DNA of 64,000 bases from Macrostomum lignano (lineage: Eukaryota), in contig NIVC01002240.1 of NCBI GenBank assembly GCA_002269645.1, positions 62,001-126,000 of the forward strand, written 5' to 3'. Both the position numbers and the translations under genes were made by a program. The first letter of the stretch is position 1. Each line of letters starts with the position of its first letter. The notes beneath the pieces are model-generated. The model saw only the letters and a program-made list of their open reading frames with translations, searched no databases and was not told the DNA's origin. Positions 62,036-64,000 of the stretch are shown piece after piece.

Positions 62036-63737
62036 TCTGACTCTCGTGTCTGAAATGTGTGACTCTGGGATGGGACTGTCTGACTCTATCTGACTCTCGC
62101 GTCTGAAATGTGTGACTCTGGGATGGGACTGTCTGACTCTTTATCTGACTCTCGTGTCTGAAATGTGTGACTCTGGGATGGGACTGTCTGACTCTTTATC
62201 TGACTCTCGTGTCTGAAATGTGTGACTCTGGGATGGGACTGTCTGACTCTTTATCTGACTCTCGCGTCTGAAATGTGTGACTCTGGGATGGGACTGTCTG
62301 ACTCTTTATCTGACTCTCGTGTCTGAAATGTGTGACTCTGGGATGGGACTGTCTGACTCTATCTGACTCTCGCGTCTGAAATGTGTGACTCTGGGATGGG
62401 ACTGTCTGACTCTTTATCTGACTCTCGCGTCTGAAATGTGTGACTCTGGGATGGGACTGTCTGACTCTTTATCTGACTCTCGCGTCTGAAATGTGTGACT
62501 CTGGGATGGGACTGTCTGACTCTTTATCTGACTCTCGTGTCTGAAATGTGTGACTCTGGGATGGGACTGTCTGACTCTTTATCTGACTCTCGCGTCTGAA
62601 ATGTGTGACTCTGGGATGGGACTGTCTGACTCTTTATCTGACTCTCGTGTCTGAAATGTGTGACTCTGGGATGGGACTGTCTGACTCTTTATCTGACTCT
62701 CGTGTCTGAAATGTGTGACTCTGGGATGGGACTGTCTGACTCTTTATCTGACTCTCGTGTCTGAAATGTGTGACTCTGGGATGGGACTGTCTGACTCTTT
62801 ATCTGACTCTCGCGTCTGAAATGTGTGACTCTGGGATGGGACTGTCTGACTCTTTATCTGACTCTCGCGTCTGAAATGTGTGACTCTGGGATGGGACTGT
62901 CTGACTCTTTATCTGACTCTCGTGTCTGAAATGTGTGACTATGGGATGGGACTGTCTGACTCTTTATCTGACTCTCGTGTCTGAAATGTGTGACTCTGGG
63001 ATGGGACTGTCTGACTCTTTATCTGACTCTCGCGTCTGAAATGTGTGACTCTGGGATCTGACTGTCTGACTCTTATCTGACTCTCGCGTCTGAAATGTGT
63101 GACTCTGGGATGGGACTGTCTGACTCTTTATCTGACTCTCGCGTCTGAAATGTGTGACTCTGGGATGGGACTGTCTGACTCTTTATCTGACTCTCGTGTC
63201 TGAAATGTGTGACTATGGGATGGGACTGTCTGACTCTTTATCTGACTCTCGTGTCTGAAATGTGTGACTCTGGGATGGGACTGTCTGACTCTTTATCTGA
63301 CTCTCGCGTCTGAAATGTGTGACTCTGGGATGGGACTGTCTGACTCTTTATCTGACTCTCGCGTCTGAAATGTGTGACTCTGGGATGGGACTGTCTGACT
63401 CTTTATCTGACTCTCGCGTCTGAAATGTGTGACTCTGGGATGGGACTGTCTGACTCTTTATCTGACTCTCGCGTCTGAAATGTGTGACTCTGGGATGGGA
63501 CTGTCTGACTCTTTATCTGACTCTCGTGTCTGAAATGTGTGACTCTGGGATGGGACTGTCTGACTCTTTATCTGACTCTCGTGTCTGAAATGTGTGACTC
63601 TGGGATGGGACTGTCTGACTCTTTATCTGACTCTCGTGTCTGAAATGTGTGACTCTGGGATGGGACTGTCTGACTCTTTATCTGACTCTCGCGTCTGAAA
63701 TGTGTGACTCTGGGATGGGACTGTCTGACTCTTTATC
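62036..63737. repeat. 55-bp satellite in Brahma intron
   Basis: Unit tctcg(c/t)gtctgaaatgtgtgactctgggatgggactgtctgactctttatctgac. Confidence 0.95.
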
Positions 63738-63868
63738 TGTCTTTTATATCTGACTCTTTCGTTTCTGATATCTACGTATCTGACTCTTATATTTTACCCT
63801 CTTGTCTGACTCCTTCGTTACGACTCTTTGTGTACCAGACTCTAGGGTCTCGCTGTTTCATACCTGAC

Positions 63869-64000
63869 TAATAATAATAACTGATTACGCCTTCGCTAAC
63901 GGGCAGATGTGCAACCGACAGCTCAGCCGCAGATATTGCGCGGCGCATCTGAAGGCTGCGTACGGCTGTTCAGTCCAAGGACGGGGGGGGGGTCGCAACA
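63869..64000 (-). mobile_element. tRNA-derived SINE, copy 3 (3' part, cut by window end)
   Basis: Reverse complement of the 58090-58225 segment, including the (ATT)n tail. Confidence 0.85.

Noticed and set aside
5300-63737. Regular short repeats as possible CRISPR arrays
   Set aside because: No unique spacers, no cas genes, eukaryotic intron-containing context

Overview
Repeat-dense animal genomic DNA. The GC-rich exons, TTAGGG motifs and satellite-filled introns are consistent with a free-living flatworm such as Macrostomum; that assignment is inference only. Host genes: (i) eight coding exons of a Brahma/SMARCA2/4 SWI/SNF ATPase (+, 49824-62017, continuing past the window); (ii) an intronless class A GPCR (-, 33204-34190); (iii) fragments of small extracellular proteins, namely a signal-peptide exon pair cut off by a transposon at 561, a CUB exon, a LamG/pentraxin-like terminal exon and an unassigned two-exon ORF. 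The first third is a nested structure. A 20.9 kb CACTA/EnSpm-like element (562-21510) carries a fossil ORF and is split by a head-to-tail array of three non-autonomous Helitrons (4128-20553). Each Helitron carries a satellite array and a tRNA-like segment, and each also carries (CCCTAA)n. Also present: a mariner relic, an APE-RT LINE, a MULE with 9-bp TSD, a piggyBac relic, three copies of a tRNA-SINE (one holding a hAT MITE that contains a 28S rRNA fragment) and more than ten unrelated satellites. The strongest leads are (1) a RIP-like CpA/TpG-to-TpA mutation bias in repeats while many CpGs are spared, (2) a Helitron slot with a tRNA-like head followed by interchangeable satellites, and (3) the captured 28S R2-target-site fragment.
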